A DNA stretch of 64,000 bases, from the IMG/VR virus record IMGVR_UViG_3300022902_000004, positions 190,268 through 254,267 of that record; one strand, given 5' to 3'. A model generated the notes under the pieces. That model saw only the letters and a program-made list of their open reading frames with translations, was not told where the DNA came from and did not search any database. Below, piece by piece: positions 46,209 through 54,885 of this stretch (its first letter is position 1; every line of letters starts with the position of its first letter). Origin of the DNA: a virus. The position numbers were made by a program, and so were the translations under genes.

Positions 46209-47522
46209 TCAAAGCAATTGGCTCGCTTCTGATGCGATGGTTGACCTGATACCGACAGGCAGGTGAATATGTGCCGTGTGGAGTGACTCGCGCATCTTTT
46301 TAGCAACAATTGAAAGGCCATTCGTCTCTTTATTGATATACGGAGTATCGATCTGGTCCGTATCACCCATCAAAATAATTTTGCTGCCTTCACCAACACG
46401 AGTGATAACCGTTTTCAGTTCGTGGATTGTGGCATTCTGGGCCTCATCCAAAATGATGAATGCGTTGGTGAATGTTCGGCCACGAATGAATGACATTGGG
46501 GCAACTTCGATCAGTCCATTCGTTTGCAGCATTTCGAACATTTTCTTGTCTTTGAAATGGTTGCGAAGATTGTCGATTGCAGGTGCCATCCATGGAGCCA
46601 TCTTGTCATTCGCATCGCCTGGCAGGAATCCCATTTCTTTTCCAACAGGCTGAATGTTTCTTGTGATCACAATTCTATCAAACTTTCCAGACTGAACCTG
46701 ACTAATTCCTGCAAGAAGACTCATAAATGTTTTTCCTGATCCTGCAAGACCTGACATTGTAACCAACGAGACATTTTCGTCCATGAGAACCTGCATTGCG
46801 AATCGTTGTTCTTTATTTTTTGCAGAAAACCCGCCATTCTCAGCGCCGCCTGTCTTGATATTCAAATCTTGAAGCAAGCTCAATTTTGAAGCCCTAGCAT
46901 CCCAGATACAAAGTGCTGACTGTTTTGATTGACTTCCTTTTGCGACAACAAACGTGTTATGACTCATAACAGCATCGTCAAGAATTGCGCATTTTGAAGC
47001 GTACAACCTATCGATACCATCACCAGGCAGAACAATTCGCTCAACACCATCCCATTTTTCTGGAAGATCAATGTAGTCGCTGTAGTAATCTTCGGCGGTC
47101 AGCTCCAAAGCATCAGCTTTTACGCGCAGGTTTATGTCTTTTGAAACGATTACGACATCCCTGCCATCCGAAACTCTTTTCAACTCAAGAGCCTCCAACA
47201 GGATTTTGTTGTCGTTGTCGTTCACATCCAGTGGAAAGTTTTCAGGTGCTTTGCCGCACATTAATCGAACTGCTACTGTTTGGTCATTACCAACATCAAC
47301 GCCCTCATGAAGTGGCGAGATTTTTCTTAGCTCGTCCAGGCGACGATTGATATGCCGGGCGTTTTCTCCTAGTAGGCCGGGCTTACCTTTGAAGTTATCC
47401 AGTTCATCAAGAACAACCAAAGGAAGGATTACATCACATCCTGGGAAGTTCTCTAGGGCAGCTCCGTCGTACAGCAAAACGCTGGTATCGAGCACTTTTA
47501 TTTTTCGATTTGATTTTTTCAT
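46209..47522 (-). CDS. phoH: PIN-domain/PhoH-like ATPase (PhoH2/YlaK type)
   Basis: N-terminal PIN (KVLDTSVLLYDG…LPLVVLDELD) and a C-terminal PhoH P-loop (GLAGSGKTFMSLLAG). Confidence 0.8.
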   Translation of the reverse strand: MKKSNRKIKVLDTSVLLYDGAALENFPGCDVILPLVVLDELDNFKGKPGLLGENARHINRRLDELRKISPLHEGVDVGNDQTVAVRLMCGKAPENFPLDVNDNDNKILLEALELKRVSDGRDVVIVSKDINLRVKADALELTAEDYYSDYIDLPEKWDGVERIVLPGDGIDRLYASKCAILDDAVMSHNTFVVAKGSQSKQSALCIWDARASKLSLLQDLNIKTGGAENGGFSAKNKEQRFAMQVLMDENVSLVTMSGLAGSGKTFMSLLAGISQVQSGKFDRIVITRNIQPVGKEMGFLPGDANDKMAPWMAPAIDNLRNHFKDKKMFEMLQTNGLIEVAPMSFIRGRTFTNAFIILDEAQNATIHELKTVITRVGEGSKIILMGDTDQIDTPYINKETNGLSIVAKKMRESLHTAHIHLPVGIRSTIASEASQLL

Positions 47523-47538
47523 TGAAAACTTTGACTCC

Positions 47539-47547
47539 TGTTATAAT
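47539..47547 (+). promoter_or_regulatory. Extended -10 promoter element TGTTATAAT for the plus-strand sigma region-4 gene
   Basis: TGnTATAAT match about 25 nt upstream of ATG 47573. An AGGA Shine-Dalgarno sits at 47561-47564. Confidence 0.4.
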
Positions 47548-47572
47548 AATAATCTTAATTAGGATGGTAAGA

Positions 47573-47749
47573 ATGAAAAGGAGAAAAGAGAAGAAGGGTT
47601 CGTCAATCAAAAAATCGATGCGTGACAGCTCATTGCAAGAGATTGGTGACAAGCTTGGATTGACCAGAATGAGGATTTGTCAAATCGAAAAGGCAATCCT
47701 CGAAAAGATAAGAAAGACAGGTAAGTTGGACGTTTTCGACGCCAACTAA
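47573..47749 (+). CDS. Stand-alone sigma-70 region 4.2 (HTH) mini-protein
   Basis: …SLQEIGDKLGLTRMRICQIEKAILEKIRK matches the sigma-70 r4.2 consensus (TLeEvG..lgvTrERIRQIEakALrKLR). Only ~59 aa from the SD-preceded ATG. Confidence 0.55.
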   Translation: MKRRKEKKGSSIKKSMRDSSLQEIGDKLGLTRMRICQIEKAILEKIRKTGKLDVFDAN

Positions 47750-47800
47750 TGAAAAGGGCCGAGCATAAGCCCGACCCAGTTCAAATAGCTATATTTTAGC

Positions 47801-48010
47801 TCAGTTGGACTTTCGGTTTTTGTCCTCAGAGATAGTCAACTTGACTAGCTGCGCAGTTTTGCCCTTTAGCAAGCGAAGGGCACGACGAGCGCGAACTCCT
47901 GCTGCCGAGTTTCCGTTGGCGTTCTTGAGAACGTCGACCTCAGCCTCGTTGATCAGTGCCTTAACTTCGCCCCATGCCTCTAAAATAGTTCCTTCTGTAC
48001 TCTCACTCAT
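47801..48010 (-). CDS. Small basic protein (possible DNA-binding)
   Basis: 69 aa with an R/K-rich segment GVRARRALRLLKGK. Convergent with the sigma-r4 gene. Confidence 0.35.
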   Translation of the reverse strand: MSESTEGTILEAWGEVKALINEAEVDVLKNANGNSAAGVRARRALRLLKGKTAQLVKLTISEDKNRKSN

Positions 48011-48019
48011 TTCACACTC

Positions 48020-48286
48020 CTATGTGTATATTTTCGTCTGCCCACTTTCTAGATCGGCATTTCCCTCAACTGCGAACCTTTCGCTTTCTCGAATTACATC
48101 ATTCAAACATTGCATTAGCTCCGCGTCCTCTAATTCTAACGACAACAGCCGTATAATGTAAAGGATTTGCGATTGACTAACACCAAAGTTCAAAATCTCT
48201 GACACAATTTCTCGTGATTTGATTCGATGCAAAACATCATTCTTTTCAGCTCTCGTCAGCTCTGGTTTTTCTTCCTGGTTTTTCAT
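48020..48286 (-). CDS. Small protein with putative HTH
   Basis: The SD GAGGTGGA precedes the internal ATG at 48286 (MKNQEEKPELTRAEKNDVLHRIKSREIVSEILNFGVSQSQILYIIRLL…). The track ORF extends to 48391. Confidence 0.35.
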   Translation of the reverse strand: MKNQEEKPELTRAEKNDVLHRIKSREIVSEILNFGVSQSQILYIIRLLSLELEDAELMQCLNDVIRESERFAVEGNADLESGQTKIYT

Positions 48287-48296
48287 AATTTCCACC

Positions 48297-48758
48297 TCAG
48301 ACCGATTCTGTCCTAGAAAAGGGTTCAACACGAAACCTTTCTTCTGATATGAACCGCAAGACCTTACCTTCCTGCTGATCACCCTCTGCATCGACTGTCA
48401 AGACAATGGTTGCATCCCACATTTTGTTCTCTAAAATGAACCTGGCATGCTGATAGTCTGGCAAATCCAATTTGTAATTCGCAAAAAGCTCGACGAGTGA
48501 TGATGGAAGCGACATGCTGATGTCCTCTTTCAGCTCGATTGCTCGAGATTCATCTTTCCCAGTCATTATTTCTGACTTACAAATGTCGATGATTTTATGT
48601 ACCGTTCCGCAACTATTGCATTGTGCTAACGATGAAATTACCGTGTCGCTGTCGTCGATAATTGAGAATGCAGTGAATTTATGGTACACCACATCTTTTT
48701 TATTTCTGAATTGCGGAAGAACACAATGACATTCAATCAGGTGCTTATAACCCTGCAT
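48297..48758 (-). CDS. Cys-rich hypothetical protein (possible zinc-binding)
   Basis: 153 aa with CHC…C.SCG cysteine clusters. Confidence 0.4.
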   Translation of the reverse strand: MQGYKHLIECHCVLPQFRNKKDVVYHKFTAFSIIDDSDTVISSLAQCNSCGTVHKIIDICKSEIMTGKDESRAIELKEDISMSLPSSLVELFANYKLDLPDYQHARFILENKMWDATIVLTVDAEGDQQEGKVLRFISEERFRVEPFSRTESV

Positions 48759-48761
48759 TTG

Positions 48762-48974
48762 TCAGCCTGCAAACTGTTTTGACACATTGGTTAGAAGTCC
48801 GCTTGTATGAACATCGAACACATGCGCCACAGCATTCTGTAAAGACACTTTCTCGTCGTATGATATTCCTTCTGGTAGTTGTTCCAACAGCGCATTCAAA
48901 ATTTGATTTTTCATGACGTCGTGCCTATCGATAATCGACCGACAGATTTTACCCTCTGATACTTTGTTTGACAT
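48762..48974 (-). CDS. Small hypothetical protein
   Basis: A perfect SD (GGAGGAAAAATG) precedes the internal ATG at 48974. The track ORF runs to 49061 and overlaps the upstream gene. Confidence 0.3.
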   Translation of the reverse strand: MSNKVSEGKICRSIIDRHDVMKNQILNALLEQLPEGISYDEKVSLQNAVAHVFDVHTSGLLTNVSKQFAG

Positions 48975-48984
48975 TTTTCCTCCA

Positions 48985-50142
48985 TTATCTGTTTGATGTG
49001 ATGACTCCACCCATACTTTGTAAAATGTTGTCCATACTGTCTTTGGCTCTGGTGCCAACAATTACTGACGAATGTGGTACGGTGAGCTGACAATCATTCA
49101 CATCAAATTTCGTGATGCCAGACCTCGCCGCGAACCGACCTAATGCCAAGAGCGTTTTTGTTCTGTCGATTGAAATACCTTTCAGGGAACCCAAATCCAT
49201 CCCGAACGAAACTGACATTTTCGATTTTGTATTCTTGACAGCCTGATATGTGATTCGGTCGGTGTCAATGCTCATTTTGATGAGCCTTTGCAGTCGTGCC
49301 TTCCTGATTTCGTTACCCATTGCATAAGAAACGCACTCGAATCCAGACTCGACCAAATCTAAAAAATTCCTGTTGCCCCAGTCCGATATTACAAACGGGA
49401 TGACTTTGAGTTTCCCTGACAGCCAGTTCTCAAGCAATGTATTCGATACATCAGGAAGAAAGCCTCGTGCTGCGATTACGATTCCATTATTCCCAGCGGC
49501 ATCGAGCATTTTGTGAATTTGTGCGACGCTTTCAACAATACCATCGATGGCAACTCCATAAAAGTCGCCGCTCTCGTTGGGCACGTCAGCTCGACTGTTG
49601 AATAGCGGGTCAATACTTCCAAAAATCTCTTCACCGGAGACGACCTTGACAACCGTTCCGAAATGATTTCCTTCGACCAGGCTAACATGGCTTCCGCAGG
49701 CACCCATTTGTATCAGCTTTTTTGCGATGGTTCCTGACATTCCATCTCTTGACCATGATGAGATAATTTCATCAACATCGCCTGCAAGTGCATACGATCC
49801 TTGCCTTTTCTTGCCTTTGACATCATCCAGTGAAATTCTGCCCGTCCACAAGAGGCAGGAGATGAGTCCTGAGCCACCCAGGTTGACCTCTGTTGAATAC
49901 AAACAGCTTAGGATGGTGTTTCTTATTGCCACACTGCTTCGGGACGTCTGGGGCCAACGTGAGAGACACCGGTGGAAGTCCAGCGGAACCGCGGTGCAGA
50001 CCTTCCCATCATAATTCAAGGCAATTTTGCCACCAAAAATATCATCGCAAATCTGCCCCAATTCTTGGCGGGCAATCTCTATCGATTTTTTTATCTCTTT
50101 CTGGTTGATACAAGCGCTAGTGGACTGTCTGTTGTTTCTCAT
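48985..50142 (-). CDS. Divergent chaperonin (GroEL/Cpn60)-like protein, truncated
   Basis: 385 aa. …GNNGIVIAARGFLPDVSNTLLENWLSGKLKVIPFVISDWGNRNFLDLVESGFECVS… follows the GroEL apical/intermediate pattern …[56 protein letters not shown]… (from memory). It lacks the GDGTTT ATP motif and the C-terminal equatorial segment. Confidence 0.35.
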   Translation of the reverse strand: MRNNRQSTSACINQKEIKKSIEIARQELGQICDDIFGGKIALNYDGKVCTAVPLDFHRCLSRWPQTSRSSVAIRNTILSCLYSTEVNLGGSGLISCLLWTGRISLDDVKGKKRQGSYALAGDVDEIISSWSRDGMSGTIAKKLIQMGACGSHVSLVEGNHFGTVVKVVSGEEIFGSIDPLFNSRADVPNESGDFYGVAIDGIVESVAQIHKMLDAAGNNGIVIAARGFLPDVSNTLLENWLSGKLKVIPFVISDWGNRNFLDLVESGFECVSYAMGNEIRKARLQRLIKMSIDTDRITYQAVKNTKSKMSVSFGMDLGSLKGISIDRTKTLLALGRFAARSGITKFDVNDCQLTVPHSSVIVGTRAKDSMDNILQSMGGVITSNR

Positions 50143-50368
50143 GACCTTTTTGATTTTCCAATGAGTTGGCGGCCCGACTGATGCTTGCGACGATGTTATG
50201 AAATCCCAGGATTATGTCATTCTTGACTTTCTTGTCCTCGGCTTCCAATGCGAATCGAACGAACCCGCACAGCGCACCCAAAATTAGCAAGATACATCCT
50301 AGCCACGCTTCATGGGTGTATAAATACGCCCCACAAATTACAAGGACCTCTGACATTTTGCCTTTCAT
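50117..50368 (-). CDS. Small membrane protein
   Basis: 83 aa with one long hydrophobic helix. Confidence 0.35.
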   Translation of the reverse strand: MKGKMSEVLVICGAYLYTHEAWLGCILLILGALCGFVRFALEAEDKKVKNDIILGFHNIVASISRAANSLENQKGHEKQQTVH

Positions 50369-52305
50369 TACGAATCACGCCATAGGTTGTTAGAAGCATA
50401 TGTCAAGATTTCTTCGGCACTGTCTTCGTTGTAACCGTATTCCTTGATCATCACACCAACCATCTCGCCGTATTTCTTCTGCTGGTCCTTGTCGCGTGTC
50501 TTCGACTTCGTCACAATTCTTGAGATGTCACGGACAGAGTTGATAAGGTATGATTCGATAGCTTCCTTCAATGGCTCATAGGCCTTGAAATTCACCTTCT
50601 CACCACGACGCATCTTGGCAAACATGTAAGCCGTCACATCACTTCTGAAACCATCACGAGCACTCCCGGTGATACCGATTTGCTCCTCGATGGACGTCAT
50701 GAATTTCTCATCAGGCTTCCGCTCTTCTTGTGTAATACGGTCACGCATTCGTTGGTGGGTCGTGTAAGCTTCAGCATTGTCAAGATAGCTATCAAACAAT
50801 GCCTGAGCCTGCTCCTCATATGCCGCGATGAATGCCTTTGCAATCTCCGTATCGAGGATTTTCAGGTATTCTTCGCGGACAACCTTCTGGATAAGCTCAA
50901 GGCAAGAGTATTTGAATTCCTCATCAGCAATCTGCTCTTTTACACAAGCTGTCAGCGACTCAATCAGCGAAACCGGTGTAATCATATTCTTGTCACTACG
51001 AACGAGTGCCATGTCGATTGCCTTCGTGATGAACCGTGTGGAAATTCCGCTCATGCCTTCATGACGGGCCTCTTCCTTCAAGTCACGGAGATCAACCTTC
51101 TTGACGCGGCCTTTCTCAACAACCTCTTCACCGTTGTAGATTTTCATCTTGGTAACCGGGTCGCATTTAGCCGAAGCCTTCAGGCGGGACATAACACTGA
51201 ACATCGAGGCAACACGCAATGTATGTGGAGCAATGTGGGCGTCAAAATCAGACAGGCCGAGCATTTTCTCGTAAATCTTTATTTCCTGATTCAATTCGAG
51301 ACAGTATGGAACATCAATCTTTACGACACGGTCGATGATTGCTTCATTCGTATGCTCCGACTGGAATCGATTCCACTCAGCTTCATTACAGTGAGCCAAG
51401 ATAACACCATCGAAATGGAGCATATCGTTCTTGCCCGGCGATGGAATTCGCTTTTCCTGTGTTGCCGTGATGATTGTGTGGAGGAACTCAATTTCATTCT
51501 TGAAAACCTCGACCAACTCAACAATTCCACGGTTACCAACATTGAATGCACCATTCAAAGACAGCGCCCTAGGATCATCCTCAGCGTATTTGTCTAATTT
51601 GGAAATGTCAACTGAGCCGATGAGCACCGATACATCCTGACTGTTGGCATCCATTGGGGGAACTGATGCGATTCCTCGGCGGCCTCGTTGTGAGAACGTC
51701 GTTTCTTCAATTTCGAAGTTTTCATATTCGCCACCGAGTTCCTTGAGAAGCTTATGACGAGCGACTGGGCTGATGTCACCATCGATTTTTACGTTCAGGG
51801 CCTTCTCAAATGTCTCACGCAAGCTACGTGGGATCAACTGGAGTGGTTCGCCGCGGTGTGGGTCATTCTTCAGGTAAAAGTATTTCTCGCCCTCAATTGA
51901 GGCTTTGATGTGCTCAACCAACGCAGACTTGCCGGCACCAACAGGGCCCATAAGCAGAAGTACCTGGCGTGATTCTTCACCACGATGAGCTGCTGAGTGT
52001 AGGAATGCCATCACATTTTCAATGACACGCTCCATCCCGAAAAAATGCGGCTCGAAGTAGTCGTAGACCTTGATTGCGTCACCGTCGAAAATCCTGTTTT
52101 TTCTTGGGTCACTATCAGGCATTTTTTTAACGCCTGGGCCAGAGAGTGCTTCATACAAACGACGTTGTGCCGTCTTGGCAAGATGTGGATTTTCTTCCAA
52201 CAGCTTGATGTAATCTGCGAAAGTTCCTGAAAACTTCTGTACCGCCTTGCTTTTTACACGCTGACTTTTGATCGCTGCCAAAAGACTCTTTACATTTTTG
52301 CTCAT
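50368..52305 (-). CDS. prkA: PrkA-family serine protein kinase (AAA+ N-domain)
   Basis: 645 aa, the size of YeaG/PrkA. Walker A LLLMGPVGAGKSAL. It is the third gene of a yhbH-spoVR-prkA array. Confidence 0.8.
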   Translation of the reverse strand: MSKNVKSLLAAIKSQRVKSKAVQKFSGTFADYIKLLEENPHLAKTAQRRLYEALSGPGVKKMPDSDPRKNRIFDGDAIKVYDYFEPHFFGMERVIENVMAFLHSAAHRGEESRQVLLLMGPVGAGKSALVEHIKASIEGEKYFYLKNDPHRGEPLQLIPRSLRETFEKALNVKIDGDISPVARHKLLKELGGEYENFEIEETTFSQRGRRGIASVPPMDANSQDVSVLIGSVDISKLDKYAEDDPRALSLNGAFNVGNRGIVELVEVFKNEIEFLHTIITATQEKRIPSPGKNDMLHFDGVILAHCNEAEWNRFQSEHTNEAIIDRVVKIDVPYCLELNQEIKIYEKMLGLSDFDAHIAPHTLRVASMFSVMSRLKASAKCDPVTKMKIYNGEEVVEKGRVKKVDLRDLKEEARHEGMSGISTRFITKAIDMALVRSDKNMITPVSLIESLTACVKEQIADEEFKYSCLELIQKVVREEYLKILDTEIAKAFIAAYEEQAQALFDSYLDNAEAYTTHQRMRDRITQEERKPDEKFMTSIEEQIGITGSARDGFRSDVTAYMFAKMRRGEKVNFKAYEPLKEAIESYLINSVRDISRIVTKSKTRDKDQQKKYGEMVGVMIKEYGYNEDSAEEILTYASNNLWRDS

Positions 52306-52363
52306 AAATTCCCCTGTATAATTTTGACTATAACCATGTCTCTTGGTTTATAAACCTATTCGT

Positions 52364-53734
52364 TCAAATATCCCAAGCATCACCCTCGATCATCGTGTGG
52401 AATTCTATGTTATTTCCCCATAATGACTTGACGTGCTGGATTGTTTTGTCGGCATATTCCAGCTCTAGATCTCTTCCGTCATGCTCATGATGTAAAATCA
52501 ACGTGCCGTTATCTTCCAAAAGATCAACCTTAATAACTGGAATTCCGGCCGCACCGATTGAACGACACAATGCCTCTCTGACTTTCTTCCAGCCATCTTT
52601 GTCTGAGATGTCATCAATTGACCAAGCATATTTCTTTTCACTCCAACTGAAGAGTCCAAGATCCATCGCCAGATCATGTGTGAGGTACTGCCTAATGAAA
52701 GAAACATCGTTCAGTGATTCCCTGGCAACGAAACATTCTTCCAAACCAAAACGCTCTTTGATGTCCTGGAAAATCTTGAAACCAAGATGGTAAGGGTTCA
52801 ATCCACCGATATGCGGCCGAATTACTCCGTTGTGTGATTTCAGTATTGGAAGGTGGTACTCTGAATCCAGCTCTAAATCGTGACAGATTGTATAGTGCCA
52901 AAAACTAGCCCAACCCTCATTCATGATTTTCGTTTGAATCTGGGGCATAAAGTAACACGATTCGTCTCGCACAACCTCAATAATGTCACGTTTCCAATCG
53001 GGCATTTTCCCATGCTCAGCGATGAAGCCCAGGACATCAGGATCAGGTTCTAGAGGAATAACATCGATGTCGTAAACAATATAGCACCCATCTTCACCCT
53101 TCTCGGCGAGCGAACGATACCACTCGACCATTTCTTTATGCGACCGTCGCTCAGCTCCGGTTCTGTTGATTTGATACTGTAATGCATGACATGAATCGAT
53201 TACTGCTTCCACACGATCAATACCGATTCTCGGATCCTCAACATATTCCTTGATTCTCTTTTTTGCTGCACGAAATCGTCCGATGACTGAGTCAGCTCGG
53301 GTTGAAGCAAACATTCTGTTGTTTTTGAAGAAGTCGCTATGTCCTACGCAGTGTGCCATAATAAGGATCTGCAAATATAGCGGGTTCTCGCGCATCAGGT
53401 ATGCAATCGATGGGTTTGAGTTGATGATGAGCTCGTATGGAAGACCTGACACTCCTGCATTGTACGATTGGTGTGTTCTCTCAAACGATTTTCCATATGA
53501 CCAATGATCATAATGCGTCGGCATACCATGATATGACATGTGGCCAATCATCGAGTAGTAATCACAGATTTCATAATTGATCGGGTACCAATCTAATCCA
53601 TAACCTTCAGCGATCTTTTTGATTTTCTCGTCCCACATTTGTAGGTCTTCAATTGCCCATGTCATATTATGCTCCCCTGTTTCCAAACATGACCTTGAAC
53701 GCCGGCCATACATCTTCTTTCGATGCAATTTCAA
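52364..53734 (-). CDS. spoVR: SpoVR/YcgB-family protein
   Basis: ~450 aa, sitting between DUF444 and PrkA. The likely start is the ATG near 53665 (MTWAIEDL…), 2 nt after the upstream stop. Confidence 0.65.
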   Translation of the reverse strand: MKLHRKKMYGRRSRSCLETGEHNMTWAIEDLQMWDEKIKKIAEGYGLDWYPINYEICDYYSMIGHMSYHGMPTHYDHWSYGKSFERTHQSYNAGVSGLPYELIINSNPSIAYLMRENPLYLQILIMAHCVGHSDFFKNNRMFASTRADSVIGRFRAAKKRIKEYVEDPRIGIDRVEAVIDSCHALQYQINRTGAERRSHKEMVEWYRSLAEKGEDGCYIVYDIDVIPLEPDPDVLGFIAEHGKMPDWKRDIIEVVRDESCYFMPQIQTKIMNEGWASFWHYTICHDLELDSEYHLPILKSHNGVIRPHIGGLNPYHLGFKIFQDIKERFGLEECFVARESLNDVSFIRQYLTHDLAMDLGLFSWSEKKYAWSIDDISDKDGWKKVREALCRSIGAAGIPVIKVDLLEDNGTLILHHEHDGRDLELEYADKTIQHVKSLWGNNIEFHTMIEGDAWDI

Positions 53735-54836
53735 CGAGCTTCATATTACTTGAAGCGATTGTTGCAAGGTGTTTTGACAACCTGTCATCACTTGCCCATG
53801 ACATCTCATCGTCAGGGGCAATTTCACAGTATCCGAAAAGCTGGCTAACATTTTTTAGCTTCTCGCCGGCGGTGAGCATGTCGTTTGTATCATACCCAAA
53901 ATTGTCGCCATCTGAACAATGGAAAGTGTAGACGTTCCACAACGAAGGATGAAACCTTTTTTCTATGATTTCCATTGCAAGTTGGTATGCGGTTGAGACA
54001 ACTGTTCCGCCGCTGGACCTTCGAGAAAAGAACTGCTCTTCGTTTACCTCACGAGCTTCAGCATCGTGGGCAATGAAAACGATTTCAACAGAGTCATACT
54101 TTGAACGAATAAACTGGTACAACAGGAAGAAAAAGCTCCGTGCAAGGAATTTCTTTTTCTTCGACATCGACCCAGAGACGTCCATCATCATAACGATTAC
54201 GGCGTTGGTGCTCTCTTTGGATTTGTTTTTGTAGTTTCGGTAGACCAAGTCACCGTCATGAAACGATGTGCTCTTCTCTTCTTCATCTTCGCCATCATTT
54301 TTGCGGCGCTCTTGAGCTTTCAACCTTTTGATTCGGTTGATCGCAGACTTTTTCTTGTCTAGGCGAGGAATTATGCCTTGTGGGCGGTAACCAGAACGCT
54401 TGAGACGATCCGATTTGATTTTTACAAGGGCTTTACGTTCCAAATCTGGAAGTTCAAGTTCATCAAATAGGTACTTGGCAAGTTCGTCAAGGGTAATTTC
54501 AACCTCGTAAACATCATCACCGGCCTTATTTCCGGCCTTCTGGCCTTCCCCTTTCTTACCATCCTTTCTTTTGATGATTTGTTTGCGATCAAGATCACGC
54601 CCGGGAGCCGAACCGACTTTTTTGTTTTGCTCGTTTGAGCCATAAACAAAGCGGTACTCCTTGATTCCCTTCACGGGAATGCGGAATTTCTTCTTACCAT
54701 CTTGGCCGATAATAGATTCATCGGCAACAATATCATGAATTCCTTCACGTATTGCTTTTTCAATTTTTTGTTTATGGCGCTTACGATCTGATGCAGACCG
54801 GTCGGCAATCGTCTTGTGATGTGAGAAAACTGACAT
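53667..54836 (-). CDS. yhbH: YhbH/YeaH-family DUF444 protein with vWA-like MIDAS motif
   Basis: 389 aa with a MIDAS-type DVSGSM motif. A -10 TATAAT and a GGAG Shine-Dalgarno sit in the 54837-54885 gap. Confidence 0.75.
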   Translation of the reverse strand: MSVFSHHKTIADRSASDRKRHKQKIEKAIREGIHDIVADESIIGQDGKKKFRIPVKGIKEYRFVYGSNEQNKKVGSAPGRDLDRKQIIKRKDGKKGEGQKAGNKAGDDVYEVEITLDELAKYLFDELELPDLERKALVKIKSDRLKRSGYRPQGIIPRLDKKKSAINRIKRLKAQERRKNDGEDEEEKSTSFHDGDLVYRNYKNKSKESTNAVIVMMMDVSGSMSKKKKFLARSFFFLLYQFIRSKYDSVEIVFIAHDAEAREVNEEQFFSRRSSGGTVVSTAYQLAMEIIEKRFHPSLWNVYTFHCSDGDNFGYDTNDMLTAGEKLKNVSQLFGYCEIAPDDEMSWASDDRLSKHLATIASSNMKLVEIASKEDVWPAFKVMFGNRGA

Positions 54837-54885
54837 ATAATCTCCAGGATATAGGTATCCTAGATCATTATATTACAATCGTCGA

